A stretch of 64,000 nt of DNA from Octopus vulgaris (Eukaryota), in NCBI GenBank assembly GCA_951406725.2, contig OX597834.1, forward strand, positions 14,384,001 to 14,448,000, read 5' to 3'. Positions 15,391 to 28,419 of this stretch are shown here, piece after piece. The position numbers were made by a program, and so were the translations under genes. The notes beneath the pieces were generated by a model. The model saw only the letters and a list, made by a program, of their open reading frames with translations. It did no database searches and was not told where the DNA came from. Position 1 is the first letter of the stretch; each line of letters opens with the position of its first letter.

Positions 15391-16532
15391 TATCTGTATA
15401 AATGTTTTTTGTGTATATGTATACATACAAAATATAAAGTTATATCTTGAGTGACAACAACACTCAAGATATACAACGGACTGGAAATAGAAGTGCTCCA
15501 ATGAGCTGTATACACATTTGTATCCAAGGGGAGGCAATAGGAGCAACAACGACAGGAACACCACAAAATATATATGTATGTATACATACACATATAGACA
15601 AGTGTATATATAAGCACATATGAACTATCAGAAGTGATATCATCAATGCCATCGTTTGCAGAACTATTTTCATTTAATAGAGTTTCGGCATTAGTATTTG
15701 AGTTTGAGAATATGCGAAATTCTTCTGGCCAACATATTGTGTTTATGGAAATTAGAATAACCAAAAATAAAAGTAGTCTTGAAATTTTACGCTTAGCCAA
15801 TGCGATTTATAAAGACTTAGATATTTCCGTTGCAGTATGACGCCGTTTCTCATTTAGCAACCGTCTTTACAAATCGAATGCTACATAACTACGTTTGGTA
15901 TGAGAACTAAACACGGCTAACAAGTAATTTGCGTAACGGAATTAACAACCTATTTGTATGTATTCATTGTTTAAATCGCGCTACACGATTTAGTTATATA
16001 AGCGTAACAACAATACCTTGAAACACTATTTCTTAATGGCTATGAAATGTAGGGTATTTCATTGTTGTCGCTGTTCAATGAAATAGAAAAGGCGTCGTCT
16101 AGACGATTTCTCTTTCACTGTCCACAGTGTTTTTGCATATTAAGCAACTCTGACGCCAAAGACTGCTTATGTAAGCTGTGAATTTCAGTTATTTATTTAA
16201 CAAATTTTCAAACTCAGCCATCACTAAAATCTTCTCTGATTCTACACATAAGTGTGTGTCTGTATATCTGTACATCTGTACATATCTGTCTATCTATTAA
16301 GCTACTAATATATTTGCATACATCTACCTATCTATCTTTAAAAATTCTACCTCTCTACATTGTGTATATATGTACATATTTATATTATCTATGTATTCAT
16401 ACATGCACTCACACATATACACACACGCACATTTGTATCGAATATTTATACGCGTATATATACATGTGTGTGCGAGTATATTTTTGTTTATATCTTTTAT
16501 GTTTTATCATTTACTCCATTTTGTCAATATAT

Positions 16533-17031
16533 TGCGGCCTTGCTGGGGCACCGCCTTGAAAACTTTTAGTCAAAGGAATGGAACCCAGTAATTTTTTTCA
16601 TCCGTTTCTTTTACCAAATCGCTAAGTTACAGAGGACGACAAATGGCAGTGGACGACAAATACAAACACAAACACACACACACACACATACACACACACA
16701 CACACATATATATATATACGAATGTGTGGCTGTGTGGAAAGTAGCTTGCTTACCAGCCACATGGTTTCGGGTTCAGTCCCACTGCGTGGCATCTTGGGCA
16801 GTGGATTTGGTAGACGGAAACAGAAAGAAGTCTGTCGTATATATAAAGTACCTTAGGAATGAGAACCCAGGTTCGAAATTTCCCCAAGAATCTGATGAAG
16901 GCTGGAGGGTATATCAGCCGAAATGGTGTGTTGACAACAAACAAAATGAGGACAAATATCTGTCAAATGTAAATAACGTAGATAATGCCTTATCTCTTAA
17001 AAATAGAACTGTATTATATTAATACATATAC

Positions 17032-17095
<64 letters not shown>

Positions 17096-17190
17096 GCTTA
17101 CGGCCATCTTTCGGGTCGGGATCTATTCACGAGGCTTTTGTCGGCCCTAGGCTATTGTAGAATATACTTAGCCAAGATTCTACGCAGTCA
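16533..17190. mobile_element. Nested cluster: old minus SINE C (16533-16720 plus 17095-17190) interrupted by a plus SINE C head (16722-16845) and an HHR family A module
   Basis: Both halves of the old copy flank the inserts, which sit in its internal TA tract. Confidence 0.7.
16846..17010 (+). mobile_element. HHR family A module, copy 1
   Basis: CTGATGA-A-GGCTG-gagggtatat-CAGCC-GAAA at 16892-16923. Homologous to 23933-24065 and 28650-28800. Confidence 0.75.
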
Positions 17191-18634
17191 AATATATCAC
17201 GAAATCTCGCGTATTGTAAGTTTTGTTGGTTCAGTATATTCTTGAATATTTCTACAGAGGAAATTCTACGATGTGTTTGTCTCCTGTAAGATGAACGAAT
17301 TATTTAATGATATATTTTGCTTTTAGATTATAACGCTCCATCGAATTTTATGTTTAATTTGCCTCGTATAAGACGTGAACAATCTACAGCCATATGCGGT
17401 CTATTCTTGATAACTTTGTCTCTTTAAGAATGATTTTATTTTGCCAACATCATGTAAAATTCCCGTTTTGTATTGTTGAATATCTGTAAATAATCTTTGG
17501 GACATTGTCCAATTGTCATTTCTTGGATATTTTGATATCACCAGGTGTTTTTCCCACTGAAAGTCTATTATGCTATCTGCTGTACGAATACAACATAATT
17601 TCCGTTTGTCTTGGCCTGCACAGAAAACAACTCATAACCAATTGGGATAGTGTGTGGCCTCATAGCGATATTTCATCGAACTCTATGCGGTAGAACTCCA
17701 CGAAATATGCAAGAAATCCATATCGATCGGCTGCTGTTTCAGAATGCAGACGATTTCAATAGTTCTATATTGTGCTCAATATTCATTTGACAGACACAAA
17801 TTTCCAATCGACTCTGCTTGTTCTTCTATGTATTAAAAGTTTTACATTTTCTGTAATAAATTTTTAGAAAATATAGCAAAATGTTTTGCATTAAGCGGGG
17901 TTCCTTTCTGACAATATGTTTAACATTATATCACCGTAAAGTTTGCAAATTCGGTTGCTATTGATAAACATACATTTGATTTCAAATATTTCGTCACGTG
18001 TTCATATATGATCATATGAATGAATTTAAAGCGATATTAGCTAAAAGTAAAATAAATTATATTAGAATTTACATACACCACGAGGAAACAATGAAATTTA
18101 AAGCCGTACGGATTAAGGAACATGTTGAGTTTGTGTATGTGTGTGGGCGATTGGGTTTGTGTGTGTGAGGAATGACGTCCTTAGAAATAATTTTCCTGCC
18201 AGCGTCAGTTAAAAGAATAAATACCTCACCAAACGTAATGGATGAGACAATGTTCCTTTTAAATTAATAACAGCCGATTCGACCATTGCAATATCGCAGT
18301 TCAGTTAGTCTCCTCAAAATTTTTATATTCAGAAGGAAGTCATTTTATTAAAAATTGCGATACTGGAATTTTTATTACTGCTTCGTTATACATTGTGCGT
18401 TCATCTTTAAATGTTTTAGTTTTTGTTAGTCATTGAACTTATTTTTACCACAAGCATTTTAAATTCTACCCTTTAGTTCCCGATCATGTGAGAATCGGAT
18501 GTCTGCTCAAGCCCGAATAAAATTTGTTCCTAATTTAAATTAAAATTCCCCTCCACAAACAATTTTTGTTATCAATAATCCATAGGTATTTTTAACGTAG
18601 GCCTAGCTTAACTTTATTGGTAGGTTATATAATT

Positions 18635-19965
18635 GATTAGGATCCACTACAAGTATTGAGCCATACAGAAGTTATCGATTCTGGAGAGATCGAAATTCAA
18701 AGTTGGCCTGGACGAGATAATATATAATTCTGTAAACTGGCAACGAAACGGCCCAAGGAAATTTGGCGTCTGCTCTACCGATGCTGCTAACTCACCGCTC
18801 TATATATTTATTTCAAATTTTTGCAGAGGCCAACAATTTCGGTGGAGGTGTAGGTCGATTACATCGATTCCAGTGCAAAATTGGTAGTTATTTTATCGAC
18901 GCCGAACTGATGAATGCATAGTCAACCTCGGCGAAATTTGAACTCAGAACGTAAAGGCAGATGAAAATACCTACTTCTTTACTACCCACAACGGGCTAAA
19001 CACAGAGAAGACAGACAAGGGCAGACACACGGATTAAGTCGATTACATCGATCCCTGTGCGTTACTGGTACTTAATTTATCGACCCCGAAAGGAAGAAAT
19101 GCAAAGTCAACCTCGGCGAAATTTGAACTCAGAACGTAACGGTAGATAAAAATACCTATTTCTTTATTACCCAAAAAGAGCTAAACACAGAGAGGACAAA
19201 CAAGGACAGACACACGGATTAAGTCGATTACATCGACCCCAGTGCGTTACTGGTACTTAATTTATCGACCCCGAAAGGAAGAAATGCAAAGTCAACCTCG
19301 GCGAAATTTGAACTCAGAACGTAAAGGCAGATGAAAATACCTATTTCTTTACAACCCACAAAGGGCTAAACACAGAGAGGACAAACAAGGGCAGGCACAC
19401 GGTTTAAGTCGATTACATCGACCCCAGTGCGTTACTGGTACTTAATTTATCGACCCCGAAAGGATGAAAGGCAAAGTCGACCTCGGCGAAATTTGAACTC
19501 AGGATGTAACGTAACGGCAGATGAAAATACCGCTAAGCACTGTGATCAGCTGCTAACCTTTCTTCCAGCACGCCGCCTTAACACTGCCTAAAACATTATT
19601 ACTATATATTAGATGCTTATATGATTTAACTACTGCGAGAGATTTATAATTATCACTCTGTTTTACTAGATCAGGAATAAAAGGGTCCTCCGTCATGTTG
19701 GTGTGCGTCCTATGTTGAAATCGTCATTCATAGAAATTTACGTTGGTTGCCACAGGTGCATAGGATGAACAGCAGCAGACACCTCAGATTAGTATCCACT
19801 ACAAGTATTGATCCATACAAAAGTTATCGATTCTGGAGAGATCGAAATTCGAAGTTAGCCTGGACGAGATAATAGATAATTCTGTAAACTGACAACAAAA
19901 CGGCCCAATCAAATATGGCCTCTGCTCTACCGATGCTGCTAACTCACCGCTCTATATATTTATTT
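18635..19965 (+). repeat. ~175-bp direct repeat pair (18635-18813 and 19787-19965) flanking the SINE array
   Basis: ATCCACTACAAGTATTGA...CTCACCGCTCTATATATTTATTT appears twice with scattered substitutions. Confidence 0.9.
18814..19580 (-). repeat. Tandem array of four SINE family M units (period 184-185 bp)
   Basis: GTCGATTACATCGA starts at 18854, 19038, 19223 and 19408. Only the rightmost unit keeps the A-box head. Confidence 0.93.
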
Positions 19966-20231
19966 TCCCAGACTTTGCCTTTCATTCTTTCGGGGTCGAT
20001 AAATTAAGTACCTTTACACCCAAATATGCAAGGAGTAAAGAAACCATGAAAAATCTAGACTGACTTTCAAAGATATTGCAAAAAATAGTATGAAGTGCAG
20101 AGGAAATGATCATAGATAAATGAGAAACTAAAGCGCAAAACGGGACAGTATGGAGAAGGCTTATCAATTATGAAACCCATGAACAGTCATACCGACGACT
20201 GACTGTAAATAATAATATTGTAGTAAAGATT

Positions 20232-21001
20232 AAGACGGTGAGATCTCACAATAGTTCGCACACCGGCTGAAATGCTTAGCAGTGTTTTCGCTGCGGGTTC
20301 AAGTTCCGCTGGGGTCAACATCTTCCACGGTCGATAAAATAACTACCAGTGGAACACAGGGATCAATGTAATTGACTTAACCACTCCCCAGCAATTGTTC
20401 ATCGTGTGCCAAACTTTGAATCGAATTTCTTAGTAACGATTGGCAGAATTGTTAACATGATGGTGAAAATGCTTCGTCGCATTTCATTGGTTTTATGTTC
20501 GAAGTTCAAATTCCGTCGATGTCGATTTCGCCTCGAGATCGATAAAATAATTACAAGTTAAGTACTGGGGTACATGTAACGGACCTACGCGCTACCTTGA
20601 AATTGCTGGCCCTGTGTTAATTTTTTAAGCCATTATTATAGTAAGGATTGGGGTATGAAGTTCTAGAATAGCACTAAACAAACTATTGTGAAACCATGGC
20701 CAGACCAACGGACTCTTTCATCGCTCTACTGAAAACTCTGGTCCTCGTCACTTGATCAGAAACAATATTAGTAACAGAAGTAGCAGTAAGATAATATCGC
20801 ACGCCATTCCGTTTTCTTTGTGTCATGCTCATTGACGGTAGCAGCGAAGAATGGAGAAGTCGTAAAGATAGTGATAAAATACCATAGGATTACAAATTTA
20901 TTTGTGGGTAGTAAAGAAATAGGTATTTTCATCTGCCTTTACGTACTGAGTTCAAATTTCACCGAGGTTGACTTTGCATTTCATCCTTTCCGCGTCGATA
21001 A
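20232..21001 (+). mobile_element. Three SINE family M copies or fragments (20232-20420, 20440-20630, 20902-21001)
   Basis: Each has the GTTCAAxTTCxxC B box and the GTCGATAAA core. Confidence 0.75.
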
Positions 21002-21041
<40 letters not shown>

Positions 21042-21042
21042 C

Positions 21043-21250
21043 TGTCCGAAATCAGATGCCATGATAGATCGTTAGCTACTGCACACATTTTTTCTCTCCT
21101 TTTTTTCTCTCCTTGTTTCTCTCCTTTTTTTCTGTGTATCCTCCTGTAGAAGAGCGTAGGCTCGAAACGTAAAATACTTTTTCTATTCCTGAGCGCTATA
21201 CTAATACATTTGTTTGTTTGTACACCACCTGTTTATTTTCGTAAACTTTC

Positions 21251-21253
<3 letters not shown>
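21043..21253 (+). mobile_element. Penelope-like pLTR fragment (HHR-like family B) in (TA)n; inverted 3' piece at about 21345-21405
   Basis: CTGTAGA-A-GAGC-gtag-GCTC-GAAA-CG-TA at 21144-21171. Homologous to 22372-22585 and 35118-35302. Confidence 0.7.
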
Positions 21254-21289
<36 letters not shown>

Positions 21290-22066
21290 CATATATAATT
21301 ATATATATATATATGGATAGAGAGAGAGAGAGAGGGAGAGAGAGAGAGAATATACAAAAGAACAAAAGGCAAAGGCGGGTGTGTAAAAAACAAACAGATG
21401 TATGCTGAGACATCATAATAATTACGGAGAAAAGAAAAAAAACCTAAGTTAATCACTGTAAAACCCTCGTGTCAAATGTTTGTCCCATTTCATTTGTATA
21501 TTTCTTTATAACAATAACAACATTGTGTACTTCTTGACAAAACAACATGCAAATTTAAGCAATTACACAAATTTCATTTGATATAAACAGACAAATTTTA
21601 CTCAATAATTCACCTTACGATTTATGGAGTGTCGTTATGAAAATCGCTGAAAATGGAAGCCGTAATTGTGTAAGAGCGAATTACAAGAGCGGGGTCAGAA
21701 TGTCTCTACTAAATTATTTGTAAAATGACATGTTTTCTAAAACAATCACCTTTTGTAACTATGTCAACTTCAACCGAGCGTTCATGCAAATTGATTATTC
21801 GATTTCTTGTTGCATTTCATAGCTCGTTAGCCTTATTTGAATTTCACAAAACGATTACAACAAATCCCTTTTCAAAATTACATTATTGGGAGTTATCTCA
21901 ACCAGTATGACTGCTGTTTGGCAGTTTTATCAGTTAATGTTTACAGGGAGTCTTCAACATACACTGATTCACAGATTTTGTCATTGAATTATTAGCGTCA
22001 ATCAGGAATGTTGTATTTTCCCACAATTATAAACTCGAGGTTATTTGTAGCGAAAAGAGAACATAC

Positions 22067-22136
<70 letters not shown>

Positions 22137-22236
22137 TAATAAATTAGAGACAAAACCACTATTATGCAAATCAAACAAAGAAAGACTTAAGCCAATACAT
22201 AAATAATTTATATAAATTTAAATTTAACAAATGAAT

Positions 22237-22288
22237 AACCACTACGATCGTTTCGTGTCAGCACATCTTAGACATTCTTCAGGCGGTT
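22237..22288 (-). ncRNA. Minimal type I hammerhead ribozyme motif within a ~175-bp TA-embedded element (22135-22308)
   Basis: Minus strand reads AACCGC-CUGAAGA-aUGUC(uaagaugugcu)GACAc-GAAA-CGAUCG-UA^-GUGGUU: 6-bp stem I, complete core, palindromic stem III, GUA cleavage triplet. Confidence 0.8.
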
Positions 22289-22371
22289 TCTAAACCTTCT
22301 TAGCGAGTATATATATATATATATATATATATACAGAGAGAGAGAGAGAGAAAGAGAGAGGGGGAGGGACA

Positions 22372-23060
22372 GAGAGTGAAAATTTACAAAACAAAACAAA
22401 AGACGAAGACGGATGTGTAAACAGCAAGCAGATGTATTATTTTAACGTTGGGGATGTGAGAAATTCTTTTACGTTTCGAGCCTACGCTGTTCGACAGAAA
22501 TGAACACAGAAATAAAACCGGACAGAAAATAGAAAAGGCTTGGCGGCTAGTGATCTATCATGGCGAATCCCGGACAGAGGGGTTATACAGGAGAGCTAGG
22601 AATCACGGGAGATAATAAATTAGTGGTGGTTCCAAAATGAAGGTGCGCGTGCGTTTGTATGTGATGTAGGTGCGGGAAAGTGGTCAGTGCTAGTGTGTGC
22701 GCTGGTGGTGTGATGTGGTGTCGTGGTGTTGGGGTGTGGGGGAGGTGAGAGTGTGGGAAGCAAGGGTGGGGGTCTGAAGGACGGGGTGGAAGTGGGCTGG
22801 AATGTATAGGGATGGTAGTGTTGGAATGAGTAGGGCGGGGTAACGAGGGAGGGTGACGATGAAGGAAGAGGGTAAAAGGGAGATGGGTAGTAGTGAAGAG
22901 AGGAAGTAGGTGCCAGAACAAGAGAGGAGAAGTGTGGGGGGAGGGAGGAGAGAGAAGAGGGTTCGATGAAGAGGGGATGAGATTTGAGTCCATGTGGCGC
23001 AAAGGATCGAAGAGAGAAGATTAATCCCAACTCGCGGTGAAGACTGGAATCCGATAAATA
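22372..23060 (-). mobile_element. 3' fragment of a Penelope-like retroelement: GIY-YIG C-terminus, C/T-rich 3' region, pLTR with HHR-like motif
   Basis: 23036-22980 translates RELGLIFSLRSFAPHGLKS, matching the PLE GIY-YIG terminal motif RExxxIxxLxxxxPxGLN. Family B motif at 22470-22497. Microsatellites flank both sides. Confidence 0.75.
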
Positions 23061-23066
23061 TATATG

Positions 23067-23155
<89 letters not shown>

Positions 23156-23523
23156 ATATATATGTATATATATATAATTTAAAGTAATTAGAAAATGGAT
23201 AAATATTGATCAACAACAATTTACTAACATCAATTATAACTTTTTAATACAAATACACTGTATCCCATCTAACAGCTGTTTCTGTTTCCAATATTCTACT
23301 GTATTGCCACTGAAAATTCTGATACTAATATTCATCATATTTGGTGACACATAATTTTCAGTTTATTTTATATTTAATTCCTGATAAACTCATGTTTATC
23401 CTTGTCATTGCCTGTAATCTATGAGCATAAGATGCCTGCATATGTATGCCCAGGGTTACCACAGGTAATTTATATCGATGGTAAAACGGATATTTTCATC
23501 CCTTAGACGGTTATTCCAACCTC

Positions 23524-23930
<407 letters not shown>

Positions 23931-23932
23931 TA

Positions 23933-24065
23933 ATACCTTTGTAATGAGAACCCACGTTCGAAATTTCTCCAAGACACGTGATGAAGGCTGGAGGGAATAT
24001 CAGCCGAAACGTCGTGTTAACAACAAACAAGATGAGGACAAATATCCACCAAATGTAAATAAAGT
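23933..24065 (+). mobile_element. HHR family A module, copy 2
   Basis: GACAC-gTGATGA-A-GGCTG...CAGCC-GAAA-CG-TC-GTGTT at 23973-24018. Stems intact, C3 mutated to G. Preceded by (AAT)n. Confidence 0.78.
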
Positions 24066-24149
24066 AAGTTCCCTGCCGTTGTTTTCACTGGAATCGCAGT
24101 TAAATATTTTACACAGGAATCTGGAATGATAACATACTTATATAAAATC

Positions 24150-24570
24150 CTTGATTGTTCTTTAAACAGATCGACTGTTGTGTTTTTGTATGTTACGAAA
24201 ACCGCGTCTACGGCGATTCCTTTGTTGTCAGTTCCCATACCCCAAACTCTTTTTTCATTCTTTGGTTACCAATATTCCATTGGTTTCTCTTTTATTCTTA
24301 GTACTTGATGAACTCGGTTTCGGTTGGTGTCAAAACGTTTGGTTTTAATCAATGAATCGATGCCGCTTTTCATAACGAAAGATTCTTTGCTGTTGCGTTA
24401 GGAACTATTGTTTCAGACGGTCTTTGATTTTCAGATACAATTCTTGTTGTTCTTCAATGATTCTGAAGCATTGTCAAACTTTTCTGGTTTTCTGCAGATA
24501 TTGATTTCATTAAAGACGAACATATCTGATGATTTTTTCCTCTTGTTCACTATTTGCGCAATGTATTTTC
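24150..24570 (-). pseudogene. Decayed R4/Dong-clade LINE fragment (region N-terminal to RT)
   Basis: Minus frame KDRLKQ*FLTQQQRIFRYEKRHRFID*NQTF resembles the KQxLxAxxQRIRRYEKR..QNxxF motif of R4/Dong ORFs. Contains stops. Confidence 0.6.
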
Positions 24571-24589
24571 CACGTTATTATTATAATTA

Positions 24590-24608
24590 GTAGTAGTGGT
24601 GGTGGTGG

Positions 24609-24656
<48 letters not shown>

Positions 24657-24658
24657 CC

Positions 24659-24714
<56 letters not shown>

Positions 24715-24751
24715 AACTACTACTACTACTACTACTACTACCACTACTACA

Positions 24752-24800
<49 letters not shown>

Positions 24801-24832
24801 GAACTACTACTACTACTACTACCACTACTACA

Positions 24833-24887
<55 letters not shown>

Positions 24888-24975
24888 GAACTACTACTAC
24901 TACTACTACTACCACTACTACAACTACTACTACTACTACTAATAATAATAATACATCTACTACCATTACTACTAA
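24590..24975. repeat. (CTA)n/(CAC)n compound microsatellite
   Basis: Directly visible. Confidence 0.97.
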
Positions 24976-25004
24976 CATTACTGCTGCTGCTACTGGTATT
25001 TCGC

Positions 25005-25310
25005 TCGTACCAATTATGCAGTGGGGGTCGAACTAATCGACTTAATCCCTTCGTTTGTCCTTGTTTGTCCCCTCTATGTTTAGCCCCTTGTGGGCAACAA
25101 AGAAATAAGAAACCTTAGCACACCGTGCGAAAAGCTTAGCGATATTTTGTCTGTCTTTACATTCTGAGTTCAAATTCCGCAGAGATCGACTTTGCCTTTC
25201 ATCCTTTTTGGGATCGATAAATTAAGTACCAGTTGCATACTTAGGGCGATCTAACTCATTGTTTCCCCCTCCCCAAAAATTTCTGGCCTCGTGCCTAGAT
25301 TAGAAAAGAA
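25005..25310 (+). mobile_element. SINE family M tandem (tail joined to the next unit)
   Basis: ...GTGGGCAACAAAGAAATAAGAAACCTTAGCAC... junction, then B box and core. Confidence 0.85.
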
Positions 25311-25329
25311 TATACCTTATGAAGCATTT

Positions 25330-25580
25330 CCTTATTGAAATATGAATGCTTCAATATCCCATTGTTGGTTTGGTCTAACAGTTAATTTAGAAACATTTTG
25401 AAGATCTTGTCTGGTACATGTTTGTGTCATTCATCTCAAGTTTTCTTTCCATTTCTTTTTACTAGTACAGGGTTAGAACATTATCGAAACATCGCTTGTA
25501 TTCCTTCTGTATTCCTTAAGATATTTCGCAGTCTGCTTAAATATGATCAATAGCTTCTCCTCGCATATATATATGCTGCA
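25330..25580 (-). pseudogene. Decayed R4/Dong LINE zinc-knuckle/endonuclease-proximal fragment
   Basis: Minus frame GEAIDHI*ADCE...QKEYKRCFDNV...HVPDKIF resembles ETxxHIxxxC..QxEYKxRHDxV..HxPxKV. Confidence 0.5.
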
Positions 25581-25873
25581 GTGCTTCGCTGCTGCATAAC
25601 ATTCAATATACTAACACGCAATATTAAATCCAGCATTAGTGCTCAGAGCTTAATATCCAAAAGCGTTAAAACACACACACGTTTTCTCACTTTGAATATC
25701 ACGTCTGGAGCTAAGCGTATGGCAAAGCATGAAAACCAATATTTCGATGTGTTTGTGAAACTATCTACCTAGCAGCATTTCTCCCAGCGCATCCTTACTT
25801 TCACAGGGTTCATTATTTGCATCGGTTTCAATTGATAATCGAAACAGAAGCTCAAGATAAAATAGTCGATGTG

Positions 25874-26296
25874 TTTCTTATTTTCTTATTGCGCACAAGG
25901 GGATAAACATAGAGGGTACAAACAAGTACAGACAAAGTGATTGAGTCGATTACATCGACCCTAGTGCGAAACTGGTACTTAATTTATCGACCCCGAAAGG
26001 ATGAAAGGAAAAGTAGACCTCGGCGGAATTTGAACTCAGAACGTAACGGCAGGCGAAATACCTATTTCTTTACTACCAACAAGGAGCTAAACACAGAGAG
26101 GACAAACAAGGACAGACAAAAGGATTAAGTCGATTATATCGACCCCATTGCGTAACTGGTACTTATTTAATCGACCCCGAAAGGATGAAAGGAAAAGTAG
26201 ACCTCGGCGGAATTTGAACTCAGAACGTAGCGGCAGACGAAATACCGCTAAGCATTTCGCACGGTGTGCTAACGTTTCTGCCAGCTCGCCGCCTTA
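25874..26296 (-). mobile_element. SINE family M tandem dimer with intact head
   Basis: Two ~185-bp units. Minus head GGCGGCGAGCTGGCAGAAACGTTAGCAC...GAGTTCAAATTCCGCC. Confidence 0.92.
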
Positions 26297-26597
26297 CATT
26301 CGGAGATGTGTTTCCCTGCTTTGTACGGGAACGAAACAAGTGTTTTTTCCTCAGATTTTACTTCCTTTATATCTTATTTATTACATGGTTTAGTAGTAAC
26401 TGCACTCATTTTTTAATGGAATTATGCATTTTATAACTCAATTGTAATTTACTTCAATCTTTTTTTATACGTTATCTCTCCATCGACATTTCTCGTTCTT
26501 TGATAATTTTTCCTATAAAACACGACTTACTAATGTTTAGAATCTCATCGAACCATTGCCACTGATATACAGAAACAAACGACTATTAGATTTATTA

Positions 26598-26936
26598 CGT
26601 GCTCAGTGGTTAGAGCGTCGAGCTTACGATCGTGAGGTTGTGAGCTCGAATCCCGGACCGGGCTGCGTGTTGTGTTCTTGAGCAAGACACTTTATTTCAC
26701 GTTGCTCCAGTTCACTCAGCTGTAGAAATGAGTTGCGACGTCACAGGTGCCAAGCTGTATCGGCCCCTTTTGCCTTTCCCTTGGACAACATCGGTGACGT
26801 GGAGAGGGGAGGCCGGTATGCATGGGCGACTGCTGGTTTTCCATAAAACAACCTTGCCCAGACTTGTGCCTTAGAGGGTAACTCTCTAGGTGCAAACCCA
26901 TAGTCAGTGCCTGACCGAAGGGGGTCACCACCACCA
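26598..26936 (+). mobile_element. tRNA-derived CORE-type SINE (family K)
   Basis: GCTCAGTGGTTAGAGCG A box and GAGCTCGAATCCC B box, then CORE-like GTGTTCTTGAGCAAGACACTTTATTTCAC...CAGCTGTAGAAATG and a (CAC)n tail. Confidence 0.88.
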
Positions 26937-27212
26937 TTTTCCATTGCAGTTACATTCTCTGCAGATTTTGGGGTGGGGCAGCTCTCTTCAAGAATCCTTA
27001 TACAAATTTTTGCAGAATGTGAGATTCTACTTTCTGACTATCTCCATCTTATCCCTGAGTCTCAGTAATTATCAGTCCCTTAGGTTGTGGTTTGGCTGCG
27101 ACCAAGTCCACCAATTACCACAGGAAAAATTATTATCATCTTTGTTACTGTTGTTGTTGTTGCTTTTGTGTTTTTTATGCTGCATCTTTTTCTTCGTCTT
27201 CTTCTTCTTTTA

Positions 27213-27622
27213 TTCTTTTACTCTCTTTTACTCTTTTACCTCTTTCAGGCATTTGTCTGTGGCAATGCTGGAGCACCGCCCTTTATTCGAGCAAATCGAC
27301 CCCAGGACTTATTCTTTGTAAGTCTAGTAACTATTCTATCAAACCGCTACGTTACGCGGATGTAAACAGACCAGCATCGGTTGTTAAGCGATTTGGGGAG
27401 GGACAAAGACAGACACACAAACATACACACACATGTATATACATTTACATATATACGACGGGCTTATTTTCAGTTTCCATCTACCAAATTCACTCACAAG
27501 GCTTTATTCGGCCCGAGGCTATAGTAGAAGACACTTTGCCCAAGGTGCCTCGCACTGGGACTGAACCCGGAACCATATGGCTGGTAAGCAAGCTACTTAA
27601 CACGCAGCCACTCCTGCGCCTA
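27213..27622 (-). mobile_element. SINE family C, full length
   Basis: Tail (TACTCTTT)n through head ...GCCACTCCTGCGCCTA. Confidence 0.92.
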
Positions 27623-27626
27623 CACG

Positions 27627-27710
<84 letters not shown>

Positions 27711-27719
27711 GTTAGTATT

Positions 27720-27793
<74 letters not shown>

Positions 27794-27822
27794 TATTATT
27801 ATCATCATCATCATTATTATTA

Positions 27823-27854
<32 letters not shown>

Positions 27855-27905
27855 TTATTATTATTATTATTATTATCATCATCATCATCAGTATTATTAT
27901 TATCA

Positions 27906-27949
<44 letters not shown>

Positions 27950-28025
27950 GTTGTTGTTTTTGTTCTTCTTCTTCTTGTTCTTGTTGTTGTTCTTGTTGCT
28001 GCTGTTCTTGCTGTTGTTGTTGTTA
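27627..28025. repeat. (ATT)n/(GTT)n microsatellite; further long (ATT)n tracts at 29222-29780 and 31843-32415
   Basis: Directly visible. Confidence 0.98.
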
Positions 28026-28059
28026 TCCAAAAACGTCGCACAATATCCAATATCCTGAT

Positions 28060-28297
28060 GTAGTAGATTGAAGATATTGATTCTACAGTTCTGACTGTCA
28101 AGTCACAACAAGGACTTCAGACTGACAGTAGTTTAGGCAGTATGCGTGCAGTTCTAATTAACATGGATTATTGTAATTGGAAGTATAGTAAATGAAATCA
28201 ATGTTAGAATAGCTAAGACTGCAAGCGCTTTTGGAAGATTTGTCCATCGTTTGTAGGATGTACATGATATCCTACATGGTATTGTCGATGTACACGA

Positions 28298-28298
<1 letters not shown>
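28060..28298 (+). pseudogene. Decayed RTE-clade LINE RT fragment
   Basis: Plus frame SIVNEINVRIAKTASAFGRFVHRL*DVHDI matches the RTE motif EIxxRIAKASxAFGRLxxRxW. Confidence 0.7.
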
Positions 28299-28343
<45 letters not shown>

Positions 28344-28386
28344 GTTATTATTATTGTTATTATTATTGTTATTGTTGTTGTTGTTG

Positions 28387-28417
<31 letters not shown>

Positions 28418-28419
28418 AA

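Noticed and set aside
17300-17900. Possible decayed transposon or retroelement coding sequence on minus
   Set aside because: Only vague motif similarity and many stops; cannot assign.
18854-19580. Regularly spaced repeats resembling a CRISPR array
   Set aside because: Whole 185-bp units repeat with no unique spacers; eukaryotic SINE array with no cas genes.
22583-23002. Pro/His/Thr-rich 139-aa ORF
   Set aside because: Low-complexity C-rich 3' region of the PLE fragment; only the short GIY-YIG motif in another frame is meaningful.
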